A stretch of DNA of 64,000 bases from an uncultured Acidobacteriaceae bacterium (lineage in GTDB: Bacteria; Acidobacteriota; Terriglobia; Terriglobales; Acidobacteriaceae), in NCBI GenBank assembly GCA_963838345.1, contig CAWIQU010000008.1:442305-506304 (forward strand). The letters are read 5' to 3'. Positions 8,497 to 19,600 of this stretch are shown one piece after another (position 1 is the first letter of the stretch; each line of letters begins with the position of its first letter). Both the position numbers and the translations under genes were made by a program. Below the pieces are notes generated by a model, which saw only the letters and a list, made by a program, of their open reading frames with translations, searched no databases and was not told the origin of the DNA.

Positions 8497-9591
8497 CTAG
8501 AGAGGCAGCGGTTCAGTCTGGCGTGCGCTTGAGCGATACGCCGCCTCGACCAGAGCCATCGTTTCGTAAGCCGACTCGAATCCGATCGGAAGATCCACGG
8601 TCGATCCCTCGACATAGGACTGCAGCGCGCCCATACTGCCCACGAATGCGTCTGGAAACCAGTTGCCTTTCACCGGCAAGCTCTTCCATTGTCTGCCCGC
8701 GCTGTCGCGTTCGGCATAGGACAGCGTATCCGGCACACCCTTCGGATAGTCGAGATTAACGCCCATGTCCATCCGGATTGCGCCTCCAGTTCCTTCCGTT
8801 TGCACAAAACTGCGGTGAGTCTCCGCCGCGAAATCGTGGCCATGATTTGTGACGACAAACACGCGCTTCCACTCGCCGTAGTCCAACAGGATCGAGGATT
8901 TGGTGGCAGCCAGCGACGCAGATTGCGGGTTTCTCACGGTCTTTGCGTAGACACCGACAGGGTTACCGAACCACGAGCGAATGAGATCGAGATAGTGGAT
9001 GCTGTGATAAAGAATCTCCAGCCGCGGCGCGGTCGCAAGAAAGGTCCACAACTTCCATGGTGTGTAGGTTCGAACCTGAACTTCCATGTCGTGCAACTCA
9101 CCGAGCAGCCCAGCCTTTCCGAGCGCAACGGCGGCGAGGTTATTTGGCGAATAGCGCAATTGGAAGTTAACTGCGGCGACCAGACCGCGCGCGCGGCAAA
9201 GATCGCGTATCGCCCGGGCCTCCTCGAGCGTCTCTCCCATCGGCTTCTGCAGCAGAACGGCGGCGCCGGAGGGAAGATGAGGCAGGATGGTCATGATCTG
9301 CGAGGCTGGCACTGCGACATCGAAGATGGCATCGGGCGGTGCGAAACGAGCGGCTTCTGCGATCGAGTCGAAGCTGTGGGGAATGCCTTTCTCCGAAGCT
9401 AACTCGGCTGCCTTGCCGCTGGCACTGTCTGCCACAGCAATAACAGGAAAGCCGGCTTTTGCATACGCTGGCAGATGAGCTGCGCGAATGATGCCGCCAG
9501 CGCCAAGGATCACGATTGGTCGAGGGCTCTTCGGGAGAGGCGGTCCAGATGCCTCTGCTGCGCGCCGATATCGCTCGTCGTTGCTCTCCAT
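8497..9591 (-). CDS. Gfo/Idh/MocA family oxidoreductase
   Basis: ILGAGGIIRAAHLPAY, LQKPMG, VNFQLRY and HSIHYLD motifs. Confidence 0.88.
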   Translation of the reverse strand: MESNDERYRRAAEASGPPLPKSPRPIVILGAGGIIRAAHLPAYAKAGFPVIAVADSASGKAAELASEKGIPHSFDSIAEAARFAPPDAIFDVAVPASQIMTILPHLPSGAAVLLQKPMGETLEEARAIRDLCRARGLVAAVNFQLRYSPNNLAAVALGKAGLLGELHDMEVQVRTYTPWKLWTFLATAPRLEILYHSIHYLDLIRSWFGNPVGVYAKTVRNPQSASLAATKSSILLDYGEWKRVFVVTNHGHDFAAETHRSFVQTEGTGGAIRMDMGVNLDYPKGVPDTLSYAERDSAGRQWKSLPVKGNWFPDAFVGSMGALQSYVEGSTVDLPIGFESAYETMALVEAAYRSSARQTEPLPL

Positions 9592-9669
9592 CCCCGCCTC
9601 GCTTGATTGCTGCATGGTCCTAGCCTCTACAATCTAAATATCTAAGTGACCATATTACGTGAGGACACC

Positions 9670-10470
9670 ATGCATTCTGTAGCAGCAAAATTGGGCAAGT
9701 TTCGACTCGACGGCCGCTCCGCAATCGTGACGGGGGGCGCCAATGGAATCGGCTTCGCCATCGCTTCCGCATTTGCGATGGCAGGAGCATCCGTTCATAT
9801 TGTGGATCTGAATCTTGATGGCGCGAACGAAGCGGCACAAAAGATCGTCGAAGCTGGCGGCACGGCCAAGGGCCACGGTTGCAACGTAGCTGATCAAGCC
9901 GAGGTCGACCGCGTCTTCGGCGAGCTTCTGGAAAGTCAGCGCATCCACATCCTCGTCAACAACGCGGGCATCGCGGGCATCGGCCGTGTCGACACCACCA
10001 CCGCGGCCGACTTCGATCGCGTCTTCCAGGTCAACGTCAAGAGTGTGTACCACTGCACGCGTGCCTGCATCGGATCGATGGTTGAAGCGGGTGGCGGAGT
10101 CATCCTCAACATGGCGTCAATCGCCGCCACCAGCGGCCTCGACGACCGCTTTACTTACTCGATGAGCAAGGGCGCCGTGCTCGCGATGACCTATTCGATT
10201 GCGCGAGATTTTTTGAAGAAGAACATTCGTTGCAACGCCATCTCGCCCGCGCGGGTGCACACGGGCTTCGTCGACGGGTTCCTTGCGAAAAACTATCCGG
10301 GAAAAGAGGCTGAGATGTTCGAAAAGCTTTCGGCAGCCCAACCCATAGGCCGCATGGCGGAGCCCGACGAGGTCGCCAATCTTGCGCTCTATCTCTGCTC
10401 GGACGAGGCCAGCTTCCTGACCGGCGTCGACTATCCACTGGATGGAGGCTTCAACAACCTGCGCAGTTGA
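9670..10470 (+). CDS. SDR oxidoreductase, 2-keto-3-deoxy-L-fuconate dehydrogenase-like
   Basis: TGGANGIG, NNAG, YSMSK, CNAISPARVHT and QPIGRM motifs; GAGGA SD. Confidence 0.8.
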   Translation: MHSVAAKLGKFRLDGRSAIVTGGANGIGFAIASAFAMAGASVHIVDLNLDGANEAAQKIVEAGGTAKGHGCNVADQAEVDRVFGELLESQRIHILVNNAGIAGIGRVDTTTAADFDRVFQVNVKSVYHCTRACIGSMVEAGGGVILNMASIAATSGLDDRFTYSMSKGAVLAMTYSIARDFLKKNIRCNAISPARVHTGFVDGFLAKNYPGKEAEMFEKLSAAQPIGRMAEPDEVANLALYLCSDEASFLTGVDYPLDGGFNNLRS

Positions 10471-10477
10471 TCAGTGG

Positions 10478-11482
10478 CTAACTGACCTGCACCATGATTT
10501 TTGTAAACGCCGCGGGGTTCGCGCTCCACTGCCGCAGCATCTCAGGTGCCTCTTCGATGGGAACAACCGCCGAGACAATATCGTCGACTGGAAAGCGTCC
10601 CTCTTCGAGCATGCGGATCACCTCGCGGAAGTCCTCGGGCAACGCATTGCGTGAGCCCAGGATGTCCAGTTCCTTCTGTACGAAGAGGCTGGTCTCATAC
10701 GCCACCGGCTCCTTGGCATAGCCGATATAAACGACGCGACCAGTGAAGGCGACCTCCTCGACGCTGGCACGAAAGGTCTGCGCCAAGCCGATAGCTTCAA
10801 TGATGCAGTCCGGTCCGCGTCCATCTGTGAGTTCACTCAACCGGAGGTGCAGATCTTCATTGCTCGAATGGACGAGCTCGTAGGCACCGGCCTTGCGAGC
10901 GATCTCGAGCTTCGCGTCGTCCATGTCGATTGCGATGACGCGGGCTCCGTGAAATGCGGCTGCAGAAATTGCACCTAACCCCACGCCACCGCAGCCGAAG
11001 ACAGCAACCGTATCGCGTTCCGTCACACGCCCTCGTTTTGCCGCGTGGAACCCCACCGTTAGTGGCTCCACCAGACAAAGTTCTTTAAGCGAGAGTTGCG
11101 CTCCGTAAAGTTTCTCAGCCGGAATCGCGATGCGCTCAGTCAGTGCTCCATCGCGCTGTACGCCTAGTGTCTGGTTAGAGCGGCATGCGTTTGGCCGGCC
11201 ACGAAGACAACTGGCGCATTCGCCGCAGGAGGTGTAGGGCGCGAGCGTGACTCCCGTCCCCGCCTGCAAGCCGTTATCGGCGTGGAGAATCGTTGCGGCT
11301 ACTTCGTGTCCCAGAACGCGTGGAAAAGTCACAAGTGGATTCTTCCCGCGGAAGGTATTCAGATCTGTTCCGCATAGCCCGATCATTCTGACCTGCAGCA
11401 AGGTTTCGCCCGTACCTCGGTACGGTTCAGGAATATCGGCCAGCACCGCCTTGCCCGGCTCCTGCACGACTACTGCTTTCAT
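10478..11482 (-). CDS. Zn-binding alcohol dehydrogenase, L-galactonate/L-gulonate 5-dehydrogenase-like
   Basis: GLCGTD, GHE, structural CxxCxxC...C, LVEPLTVG, GCGGVG and KELDILGSRNA motifs. Confidence 0.85.
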   Translation of the reverse strand: MKAVVVQEPGKAVLADIPEPYRGTGETLLQVRMIGLCGTDLNTFRGKNPLVTFPRVLGHEVAATILHADNGLQAGTGVTLAPYTSCGECASCLRGRPNACRSNQTLGVQRDGALTERIAIPAEKLYGAQLSLKELCLVEPLTVGFHAAKRGRVTERDTVAVFGCGGVGLGAISAAAFHGARVIAIDMDDAKLEIARKAGAYELVHSSNEDLHLRLSELTDGRGPDCIIEAIGLAQTFRASVEEVAFTGRVVYIGYAKEPVAYETSLFVQKELDILGSRNALPEDFREVIRMLEEGRFPVDDIVSAVVPIEEAPEMLRQWSANPAAFTKIMVQVS

Positions 11483-11491
11483 CTGTCTCCT

Positions 11492-12367
11492 CTATTTCAG
11501 ATCATAGATTCTGATCGCGGTTGCGCCAAAGATCTCAGCGCGCTCGGTCTCGCTGAAGGCGGCAAAATAACTCCGGAGCACCTGCCACCATCGAGCATAT
11601 CCGGTTGCAACCAGACAGACAGGCCAATCAGAGCCGGCCATCAGTCGATCCGCTCCGAATGCTTCGACCACAACATCCAGATAAGGCCGCAGCGACTCCA
11701 TTGACCAGCTAGACCATGCGTCCTCGGTCACCATGCCTGAGATTTTGCAGGATACATTTTCGCGCTGGCTCAACTCGCGCATCAGGGTTCGCCAGGGTTC
11801 GCTCTCTCCGGCTGCGATTTTTGGCTTTGCAATGTGGTCGAGGACAAACGGCTGTTGTGGATGCCGATCGACGAAGCGAATCGCTTCCTCGAGTTGACTC
11901 TCGACAATGAGCAGATCATAGATAAGCCCGGTTGTCCGCATGGCCCGGATACCGCGATTGAAGTCTGCACCATCCAGGAAACCTTGCGGTTCAGCCTGGA
12001 CGACATGACGTAACCCCACCAGCTTCGGTTCATCCGCGAATGCAATCAGCGAGGCCTCAAAATCAGAAGCAGCAAGGGGAGCCCATCCCACGACACCCCG
12101 AATTGCTTCGCAGCTTCGCGCAGCTTCAAGTAGCCATCGCGTCTCTTCGAGCGTCTGCCGTGCCTGCACGGTGACGGCGCCATCTACACCTGCATTCGCA
12201 AGCTCGGCGACCAGATCAGGTGTCAGGAAATCGCGGCGTATCGCCGCCATACTAGCGTTGATCCAGTCGTACTCGGCGGGGGAGTAGCGCCAGAGGTGGT
12301 GATGGGCGTCGATGACTGGGCAGTTTGTCGATTCAGGCAAGCGTATTTCTATTGTGTTCGATGGCAT
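11492..12367 (-). CDS. Amidohydrolase family sugar lactonase (L-fucono/L-galactono-1,5-lactonase-like)
   Basis: IDAHHHLW..., VQA, GVVGW, GLRH, LDHIAKP, CKISG and MAGSDWPVC motifs. Confidence 0.87.
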   Translation of the reverse strand: MPSNTIEIRLPESTNCPVIDAHHHLWRYSPAEYDWINASMAAIRRDFLTPDLVAELANAGVDGAVTVQARQTLEETRWLLEAARSCEAIRGVVGWAPLAASDFEASLIAFADEPKLVGLRHVVQAEPQGFLDGADFNRGIRAMRTTGLIYDLLIVESQLEEAIRFVDRHPQQPFVLDHIAKPKIAAGESEPWRTLMRELSQRENVSCKISGMVTEDAWSSWSMESLRPYLDVVVEAFGADRLMAGSDWPVCLVATGYARWWQVLRSYFAAFSETERAEIFGATAIRIYDLK

Positions 12368-12902
12368 CTAATCGTAAGTTGTCTTTCGATTCGAACTTGT
12401 GCGTGTTGTCCTGACGCTTTTCCATTAGTCTACATAGACTTTCAAGCGATCGATGCCACATCTTCCTGCACCAGGCACTTTCTGCCGCATCTTTGAACCC
12501 GCTGTGTTTCAAACCGAGAATACAACCCCGTGGACTACGCAGGAGCTGCATGTCAACCAGGGTTTCCGTGGTGCCAAAGGGAGACATTCTCTTCCAGGTA
12601 TATCGCACCTGATTCGCGTTCATGACACAGCAAGAACCATGAATGCTGGCCTGAAGCGCTCCGGCGCGATAGAGGTCAATACGGAAGGACTCCGCTGCTA
12701 CGAGATTGAAGACAAACTGCAGCTCCTCTGCATCCGGGGTCTGCAGCCATGCTTCGATATATTCCGGGATGCTGAGCGCATACAACACACGGCTGCTATC
12801 GGCCTCAATTTTGACCGAAAGAGAGACGTCCCTCACATGCCGGTTCGGAATCGTTGCTATCATTCCAGAATCTTTTAGAGTATTTCGCTCAAGAGTGTTC
12901 AC
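12333..12902 (-). CDS. SRPBCC/Aha1-like domain protein
   Basis: IEADSSRVLYALSIPEYIEAW...LKHSGF...W.RSLESL pattern; GAGGTG SD before GTG. Confidence 0.6.
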   Translation of the reverse strand: MNTLERNTLKDSGMIATIPNRHVRDVSLSVKIEADSSRVLYALSIPEYIEAWLQTPDAEELQFVFNLVAAESFRIDLYRAGALQASIHGSCCVMNANQVRYTWKRMSPFGTTETLVDMQLLRSPRGCILGLKHSGFKDAAESAWCRKMWHRSLESLCRLMEKRQDNTHKFESKDNLRLDAIEHNRNTLA

Positions 12903-13233
12903 GTATCACCTCGTCTGCACACGGAGGAAGCATTTCAGCCTCCGAAGGACGAATCGTAGGCAACAATGTGACGAGAATGCGTTGTCAGGGATGAACCGAT
13001 CTGTGCGAGAGGTCGCCTGGTAGTGGCAACTAGCTCGCAAATCGATACCCTCAGCATCCTGTAGCTGATTGCTATGAATTTGCGAAATTGGGTATAGCGC
13101 ACTTCCACATTCTGAGATTATGTGGTGAAACGCAGCAGACAGGGATGAACGGCGTGAAATGCGCCACGTCTTCCATAGTCGGCGCGAGTGTTCTGCAAGG
13201 CACGGCCCTTCAAATGCAGAAATCAGTATGGGA

Positions 13234-13992
13234 TCAGCTGTGGGTCAGCCATCCGTTGATACGGGACCGATAGCCGCGACTCATCGTAAGCTTTTCGCCA
13301 TTTACCAAAACAACCGCATAGTCGCCGTCAGCTTCAGTGCGCACTTCCTTCACGTGTTGCAGATTGACGATGGAGGAGCGATGCACGCGCAAAAACATAT
13401 CCGGGTCCAGCTTTTCTTCCAGACGAGCCATGGTCTCGCGCAGCAGATGCGTCTCGGTCTGCGTGCTTATGCGCACGTAATTTTCCTCTGCGCTGATCCA
13501 GCGAATGTCTGACACCGGAAGGAAGACAATCCTGCCGCGGGACTTGAAGACGATACGGGTCGTATAACGGCTTCCGTTCTGAGCGGTCGCACCGTTAGCT
13601 GCCGGCTGCTGATTGGCGAGAAGTATCTCTTTGCGAGCGCGCTCCACAGCTGAAGAGAGTCGCTCGCGAGTGAACGGCTTCAGCAGATAGTCCACCGCGT
13701 GAATTTCAAAGGCACGCAGCGCGTACTGATCATGCGCAGTCGTAAAGATGATGTGCGGTGTTGGCACGTTCTTGCAGGAACAAAGCTCTGTGGCGATATC
13801 GAAGCCATCCATGCCGGGCATCTGGATATCGAGAAAAAGCAGGTCCGGTTTGGTGGCACGCACCAGGTCGATCGTCTCGCTCGCCGTCATCCCCTCACCG
13901 ACGACGTCTATCTCTGGCTCATCCCGTAGAAGCTGGCGCAGCTTTTGTCGAGCGAGCACCTCATCATCTGCCAAAACAGTATGAATCATCAC
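13234..13992 (-). CDS. LytTR family two-component response regulator
   Basis: ADDE, PDLLFLDIQMPGMDGF, IFTTAHDQYALRAF...DYLLKP receiver; FLRVHRSSIVN LytTR domain. Confidence 0.93.
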   Translation of the reverse strand: MMIHTVLADDEVLARQKLRQLLRDEPEIDVVGEGMTASETIDLVRATKPDLLFLDIQMPGMDGFDIATELCSCKNVPTPHIIFTTAHDQYALRAFEIHAVDYLLKPFTRERLSSAVERARKEILLANQQPAANGATAQNGSRYTTRIVFKSRGRIVFLPVSDIRWISAEENYVRISTQTETHLLRETMARLEEKLDPDMFLRVHRSSIVNLQHVKEVRTEADGDYAVVLVNGEKLTMSRGYRSRINGWLTHS

Positions 13993-15137
13993 ACACCATA
14001 TCCTGTGAGCTTTCCGGTTGGAAGTTCTGAGAATTGCAAGGGGAGCGCTAAGGTCACCCGGACTTTACCGTGTGCCATCTCCTCTATGTTGAAAGCCTGG
14101 TCGCTGCCGTAGTGCAAACGCAAACGATCTCTTACATTGGTGAGTCCCACACCCCGCCGTCCGTTTCCGTTCGTGGACAGTGGATGTAAACCTAACCCAC
14201 TGTTAATCACGCTGATCATCAGTGTTGCGTTCTGGCGGCGCACGTCCACGCTGATCACGCCATCCCTGTCCAGCTTCGAAAGGCCGTGAGTATAAGCATT
14301 TTCGATAACCGGCTGTAGAAGCATGGCGGGTATCAGTGCATCGTGCAGATCGGATTCGACGGAGATCTCCTGTTGCACACGGCCGGTGAATCTGCGGTCC
14401 TGCATCGCCAGATACATCTCTATAAATTCCATTTCGTCGCTGAGCGGGATTAGCTGCACCTCGCCGCGTTCTAGCGTGATACGCAAGAGGCTGCTAAGTT
14501 GTTCCAACATTTTGTCGGCGGCAGCAATGTCGGTCTGCATCAGGCTGGAGATGCTGTTCATCGTGTTGAAAAGAAAGTGCGGATTCAACTGCATGCGCAG
14601 GGCGCGGAGCTGAGCGTTGGCAAACTGCGCCTCCAACTGGACAGCCGCATGTTCGGTCTCGCGGTAGAGCTGGTAGTACCCGATGCCGCGAAGCAAGAAG
14701 AAGACCGACCAGAAGATGACCATGTTGTCGACCAGTTCTGCATCCAGGTGGAATACAACACGATGCCAGTAGGTCATACGGGGCAGGCCAACGGGCAACT
14801 GTGGGAAGAATGCAACCCAGATCATCTCTTCAAGCACACTCACGGCCACGCTCAACGGCAGAACGCGCGTCATCATGGTCAAAAAGGTTGCCGTTTGAAT
14901 AAGCGGTCTCAGCTGCCACCACAACAGCCAGCTGATGGTCCCCCACAGAAAATAGTGCACGCACCACGCTGCCATCACAAGCCTAAGTGTGAGCGTGGCG
15001 GGGATGGAGTGATTCCACGAGTGCATACTGGCCCACTCCTGCAATGCAAACAACATCCCCAACAACGTGAATGCTCCCACGAAGATGATCGGATTCAGGA
15101 ATGGAAGTGCTGTACGATCTTTTACTTTCGGGAACAA
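13989..15137 (-). CDS. LytS/YpdA-type membrane sensor histidine kinase
   Basis: N-terminal TM segments; LRMQLNPHFLFNTMN H-box; LLQPVIENA, GVGLTNVRDRL motifs. Confidence 0.92.
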   Translation of the reverse strand: MFPKVKDRTALPFLNPIIFVGAFTLLGMLFALQEWASMHSWNHSIPATLTLRLVMAAWCVHYFLWGTISWLLWWQLRPLIQTATFLTMMTRVLPLSVAVSVLEEMIWVAFFPQLPVGLPRMTYWHRVVFHLDAELVDNMVIFWSVFFLLRGIGYYQLYRETEHAAVQLEAQFANAQLRALRMQLNPHFLFNTMNSISSLMQTDIAAADKMLEQLSSLLRITLERGEVQLIPLSDEMEFIEMYLAMQDRRFTGRVQQEISVESDLHDALIPAMLLQPVIENAYTHGLSKLDRDGVISVDVRRQNATLMISVINSGLGLHPLSTNGNGRRGVGLTNVRDRLRLHYGSDQAFNIEEMAHGKVRVTLALPLQFSELPTGKLTGYGV

Positions 15138-15188
15138 GTTCAGTGGTGGACCCTACGCTTTCTGTGCAAATTGCACGGCTAAGTTTAT

Positions 15189-16325
15189 TCAAGAACTGGA
15201 AAGAGGAAGCAATTGACCCGCAGACGATCCATCGGGGGCCGACGCTATCGCCGCCGCCGGGAAATCGCTCTTTGTCCCTTCTTTATAGACGAAAGCAAGT
15301 GCAAGAGAGTGATGCTCAAACCATGTATTCGCCGCGAAATCTGCCGTTCGTCGCTCGTCAGCTCCAATCTTCGCCGCGAGGGTATCGATGTCCCGCTTCA
15401 TGAGATGGTTAGCTTCCGCCCCACCCTGCAGAACAGCGACGCGGAAGTGAAAATATGCGGCCTTGTTGTCGATTGGCATACCGCGCCCATCGCGTGCCAA
15501 AACGCCAAGCACGATGGAAGATTTCCAGCTCCCCGCATTCGCGGCCGTCTCCAGAAGAGCAAGACTTTGTTGAGGATCCTGCTTGAGTTCAGGGTGGTTG
15601 ACCAGCAGAAGCCCAAGCGAATGCATCGCCGGTACGTATCCTGCGTCGGCTGCCTGACGTAGCAGCTCCGCAGCCTTAGGCAAGTCTTGCGGATGGTCCG
15701 CATACGCCGAATAGAGCAATCCAAGGTTGTAAGCAGCCAAGGGTTCATGCAGTTTCAACCCTGATTCGAACCATTTCTCCGCGGCAATCTTGTCCTCTTT
15801 CACAGCGATGCCGAAGAATGAAAGAAGTCCGAGATAGGTAGCAGCGGTGCCATTGCCTTCCTGAAAGGCCTCGTTCAGCAACTGGACGGCAAGATCACCG
15901 TTCTTCTGAGTTCCCGCTCCATGCAGGTAGACGACTGCCAAATTGACCTTAGCCTTGGCAAAGCCCGAAGACGCAGAGAGTTGATACCAATGGACCGCGC
16001 GTTTGGAATCCTGGGACACTCCGATTCCAGCCTGGTAGAAGTAGCCGATCTGGTTCTGCGCTTGCGGGTCTCCATGTCCGGCCGCCTTCTCGTACCAGTA
16101 AGCTGCCATCTTCGGGTCTTGCTTCACGCCCTTTCCGATGAAGTAATCTCCCGCTAGGGTAATCTCATCGCGAATTGATCCTTGTTCCGCAAGCATACGA
16201 ACATGTTTCAGATCTTCTGTCCCTCCCGTGTCAACGTAGGCATGCAGGACAGTGCAGGGACCGCATGCAACCAGGAGAACAGCAGCCCCAAAGCGGTTGA
16301 TGAATTTCCACGCGGTAGGAATCAT
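15189..16325 (-). CDS. Secreted Sel1-repeat protein
   Basis: Signal peptide; repeated A..WY..AA..G...AQ..LG..Y..G.G units; GGAGG SD before ATG 16325. Confidence 0.88.
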   Translation of the reverse strand: MIPTAWKFINRFGAAVLLVACGPCTVLHAYVDTGGTEDLKHVRMLAEQGSIRDEITLAGDYFIGKGVKQDPKMAAYWYEKAAGHGDPQAQNQIGYFYQAGIGVSQDSKRAVHWYQLSASSGFAKAKVNLAVVYLHGAGTQKNGDLAVQLLNEAFQEGNGTAATYLGLLSFFGIAVKEDKIAAEKWFESGLKLHEPLAAYNLGLLYSAYADHPQDLPKAAELLRQAADAGYVPAMHSLGLLLVNHPELKQDPQQSLALLETAANAGSWKSSIVLGVLARDGRGMPIDNKAAYFHFRVAVLQGGAEANHLMKRDIDTLAAKIGADERRTADFAANTWFEHHSLALAFVYKEGTKSDFPAAAIASAPDGSSAGQLLPLSSS

Positions 16326-16539
16326 GGTTCCCTCCATATCCCAATTGCGACTTAGCACTCACTTGAAATTTGTTGGGCCGACCGGAACGTCTCTAGGTGT
16401 CACCTAGACGTGAGCCGCTACGCAACGGTGATCGAAGTAGTTCCGCGATTTCAGGCTATTTACCGCGTGAAATAGCCTGTTGAACCCACCCCCATACCTC
16501 TGGCAGAGACAAACGGTTCATTCGTCACAAATCTCGCAA

Positions 16540-16582
16540 TTAAATAAATGAAGAGGGCCGAAAGCAGAACTTCCGGCCCTCT
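16540..16582 (-). terminator. Rho-independent terminator after the frameshifted TBDR
   Basis: AGAGGGCCG/CGGCCCTCT stem followed on the minus strand by TCATTTATTT. Confidence 0.6.
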
Positions 16583-16602
16583 GGGGAGGACTGAAAACTT
16601 TG

Positions 16603-19600
16603 CTAGAACCTGAACTTTGCCCAAAGCAACAAGTGGCGGAACGTTGGTTCTACTGCATTCTGCTTATTCAGGTAGCTGCTGGTCCCGATATCCAACAGGT
16701 TGATGTCCAGCGGACCGATGTTGTTGTCATTCGTAAAGTTCTGCGCCTCGACACGGAAGACGAACATACCTCGATCGAAGTGCAGCCACGTTGACGGAAC
16801 GTCCTTCTCCACAGCGATGTTCCAATACTGTGCGTTCGGATTCGTGAAGCTGTTGCGTCCCACTTCCTGGGTTGTAAATTGTGGTCCGTTGGGCACAAGC
16901 CAGTGCACTTTGTCCGCTGTGGTGGGGTTGCCAGTCACAGCGTCGTAATAAACACCGGGAGTGAGACCGAAGTAAGTTCCATCAAAGCCGGCCGTATCGA
17001 TTGGCTGATGCGGATTGCCCACAAGTGGACGGTCGTTGGCTGTGCTGCCATCACCATTCGTATCCAGGCCACTGACGTTGAACGTGCTGTGATAACCGGA
17101 CTGCAACTGAGTGGTTCCGGAGATCGTGATGTGACGCGTAAAGGCGCTGGCCAGCACATCCGCGGCCCGGTTATTGGAATGGAATCCGGCCGGTGACCAC
17201 GCATAACTAAACGACACGTAGTTACGGTGGTCCCAGACCGAGGGCCCCCAGTCCTGCCCCAGGCCATTGCCGTGAGAGATTGGCCGAGTAGGACGTAGGC
17301 GCCGCAAACGTAGCAAATACATCGGATGCATCGTCCAGGTCTTTTCCGTACGTGTAAGCCACGCGGAAGAACAGACCGTGGGAGAACTGGCGGGTGACCT
17401 CCGTCTGCAGGCTGTTGTACTCCGAATCAGCGCGGTTGGCGCGTATGTTGATGGCATTGCGAGTCGGGTTGATGCGTGATCCGTTGATGAAGTAGTTCAG
17501 TTGCTGGTTGGCATAGAGTTGCCCGCCGTGGTTACCTACGTAGTTAACCGTCAGCTTGATCTGAGCTGGCAATTGCCGCTCCAGGCCGAAGTTCCACTGC
17601 CAGGTAAGAGGATTTCTCAAGTTACTTGCCACACTCTGAACGGAAGACATAGGACTTAGCGTGGGAGTAATGGTGCTGAGAAGCGAAGTGGCGTTGGCCA
17701 GTCCGCGACCAGTGGTGGAGGTGAGCAGGCCCGTGGGAGCATTCGGCGAAGACTGCGCGCCATTGGTAGCGATATTGGTGAAGTCAGTGTCGTAAAAGAG
17801 GCCCAAGCCACCGTGGAAGACCGTCTTACCATCGCTGAAAATGCTCCCGTGCGGGTTCCACGCAAAGCCGAAACGCGGGGCGAAATTGTTCGTATCGTTC
17901 TTCACCTTGACGACGGTATTGATCGGCGCGAAGGGATTGTTCAAATCAATCGCGGGATACTGAAGCGAGTTTTCCGGCGGCGTGAAATAGTCATACCGCA
18001 TGCCTACGTTGATCGTCAGGTCCGGTGTCAGTTTGATATCGTCCTGCACGAAAAAGCCGCTCTTCCATGAGTGCGGATCGATGCGCGTTGGACCGAAGGT
18101 CTTGCCGGCTGAACCGGATGAACCCAGATAGTTATCGAGGAAATTATCCAGGGCAGAAAGAGCGCCTCCCTTGGCAAAGACAAGACCACCGAGAGCGTTC
18201 TGTGCTACGACGTCCGTTTCAATCTGACGCCCTACGTCCGCACCGAAGCGGATCGTATGACGATTGAGTGCCCAGCTTATAGTGTCTTGAAATTGATAGA
18301 GTTCCTCGTTGTCTCCCTGCGGTATGTTCTGCGAGATGCCGAGTGGGGACGCTGAACCACCGAAGCCCTGTCCACTAAACGTAATGTTGTAGTTCTTCGA
18401 CAGGGGGTTGGCGACCGTCTCCGGAGTTGGCTGAAAGAGGAAGTTTACTCGGGTCTCTGAAGCTCGAAACTCGTTGAGCATACGCGGCGTGAAGACATGG
18501 GTCCATGTGCCCAGGCCGACTTCAGCAGGGCCGCCGACCTCACCATCGAAACCGGGCAGGCCTGAGGTGTTCAATGCCAGATCCGGATCAAAGTTGGCGC
18601 GATCATGCAGATAACGAACGGTGAACGTATCCTTTGCGCGCGGAATGAAATCGATGCGATAGATCCATTGGGTTTCGGGTTCCTGTTGCGGTACCGGGGG
18701 GCGCTCAAACAAAGCGGTCGTAATGGAACAGCCCGCAGTGCAGCCGCTGCGCGGACTGATCTTGTATGCGTTTGCCGCACCAACGTTGGTGTACTCGGTA
18801 AGATAGGCCCCTCCAGAGAGATAGCTTTGCAGCAGAGCGACCTGCGGTCCGCCAATCGCCGTCAACTGCGCGTAGCCCGTAGCGTCTGGTAGTTCGACTG
18901 AGCCGGGCTGTGAATTGCCATAGAAGCGCGCAAACTGCAACGCGCCGAAGCCATAGAGTTTGTCCTTCCAGATTGGACCGCCGACAGTAAAGCCAAACTG
19001 GTGCTGGTCATAGCGCGCCTTTGGATTGGTAGCGTAAGGCTTCCCTTGACGCGTGATACCGTCCAGTGAGTCAAGGCCGGATCCGGTGTAGAGCTCCCAC
19101 AGATCCCCGTGATACTGGCTCGTCCCGGATTTGGTGATGAGGTTGACCACGGCACCGCCCGAACGGCCGTACTCCGCCGATGCCGAATTCGTCAGGGCGG
19201 TAATGCTCTGATAAGCATCAGGAATCTGGATGTTAAATGCCTGGCCTCCTATGCCGATGTCGTTGATATCCTGGCCATCCATCATGAAGTTATTGCTGCG
19301 CGGGCGCGCTCCATTCACTTCAATCTGCTCAAAGTTACCGCCGATGCCGCCGAGCCCAAGGTTCGAATCCACGATCTGAACGCCGGGCACCGTCTGCAGC
19401 AACTCGATCGGATTTAAGGTGAAGACGGGAATCTTCGAGAGCTCTGCGGTGCCGACTGTACTCGATAACTGGCCGTTTTCCGTGTTGATAGTGTTCGAGT
19501 TCGCTTCAACGGTAACGGCTTGCGAAACCTCACCAACGGTGAGCACCGGATCGAAGGTTGTCACAACTGAGGAGACCACATTGACGTCACGCGTATTCGC

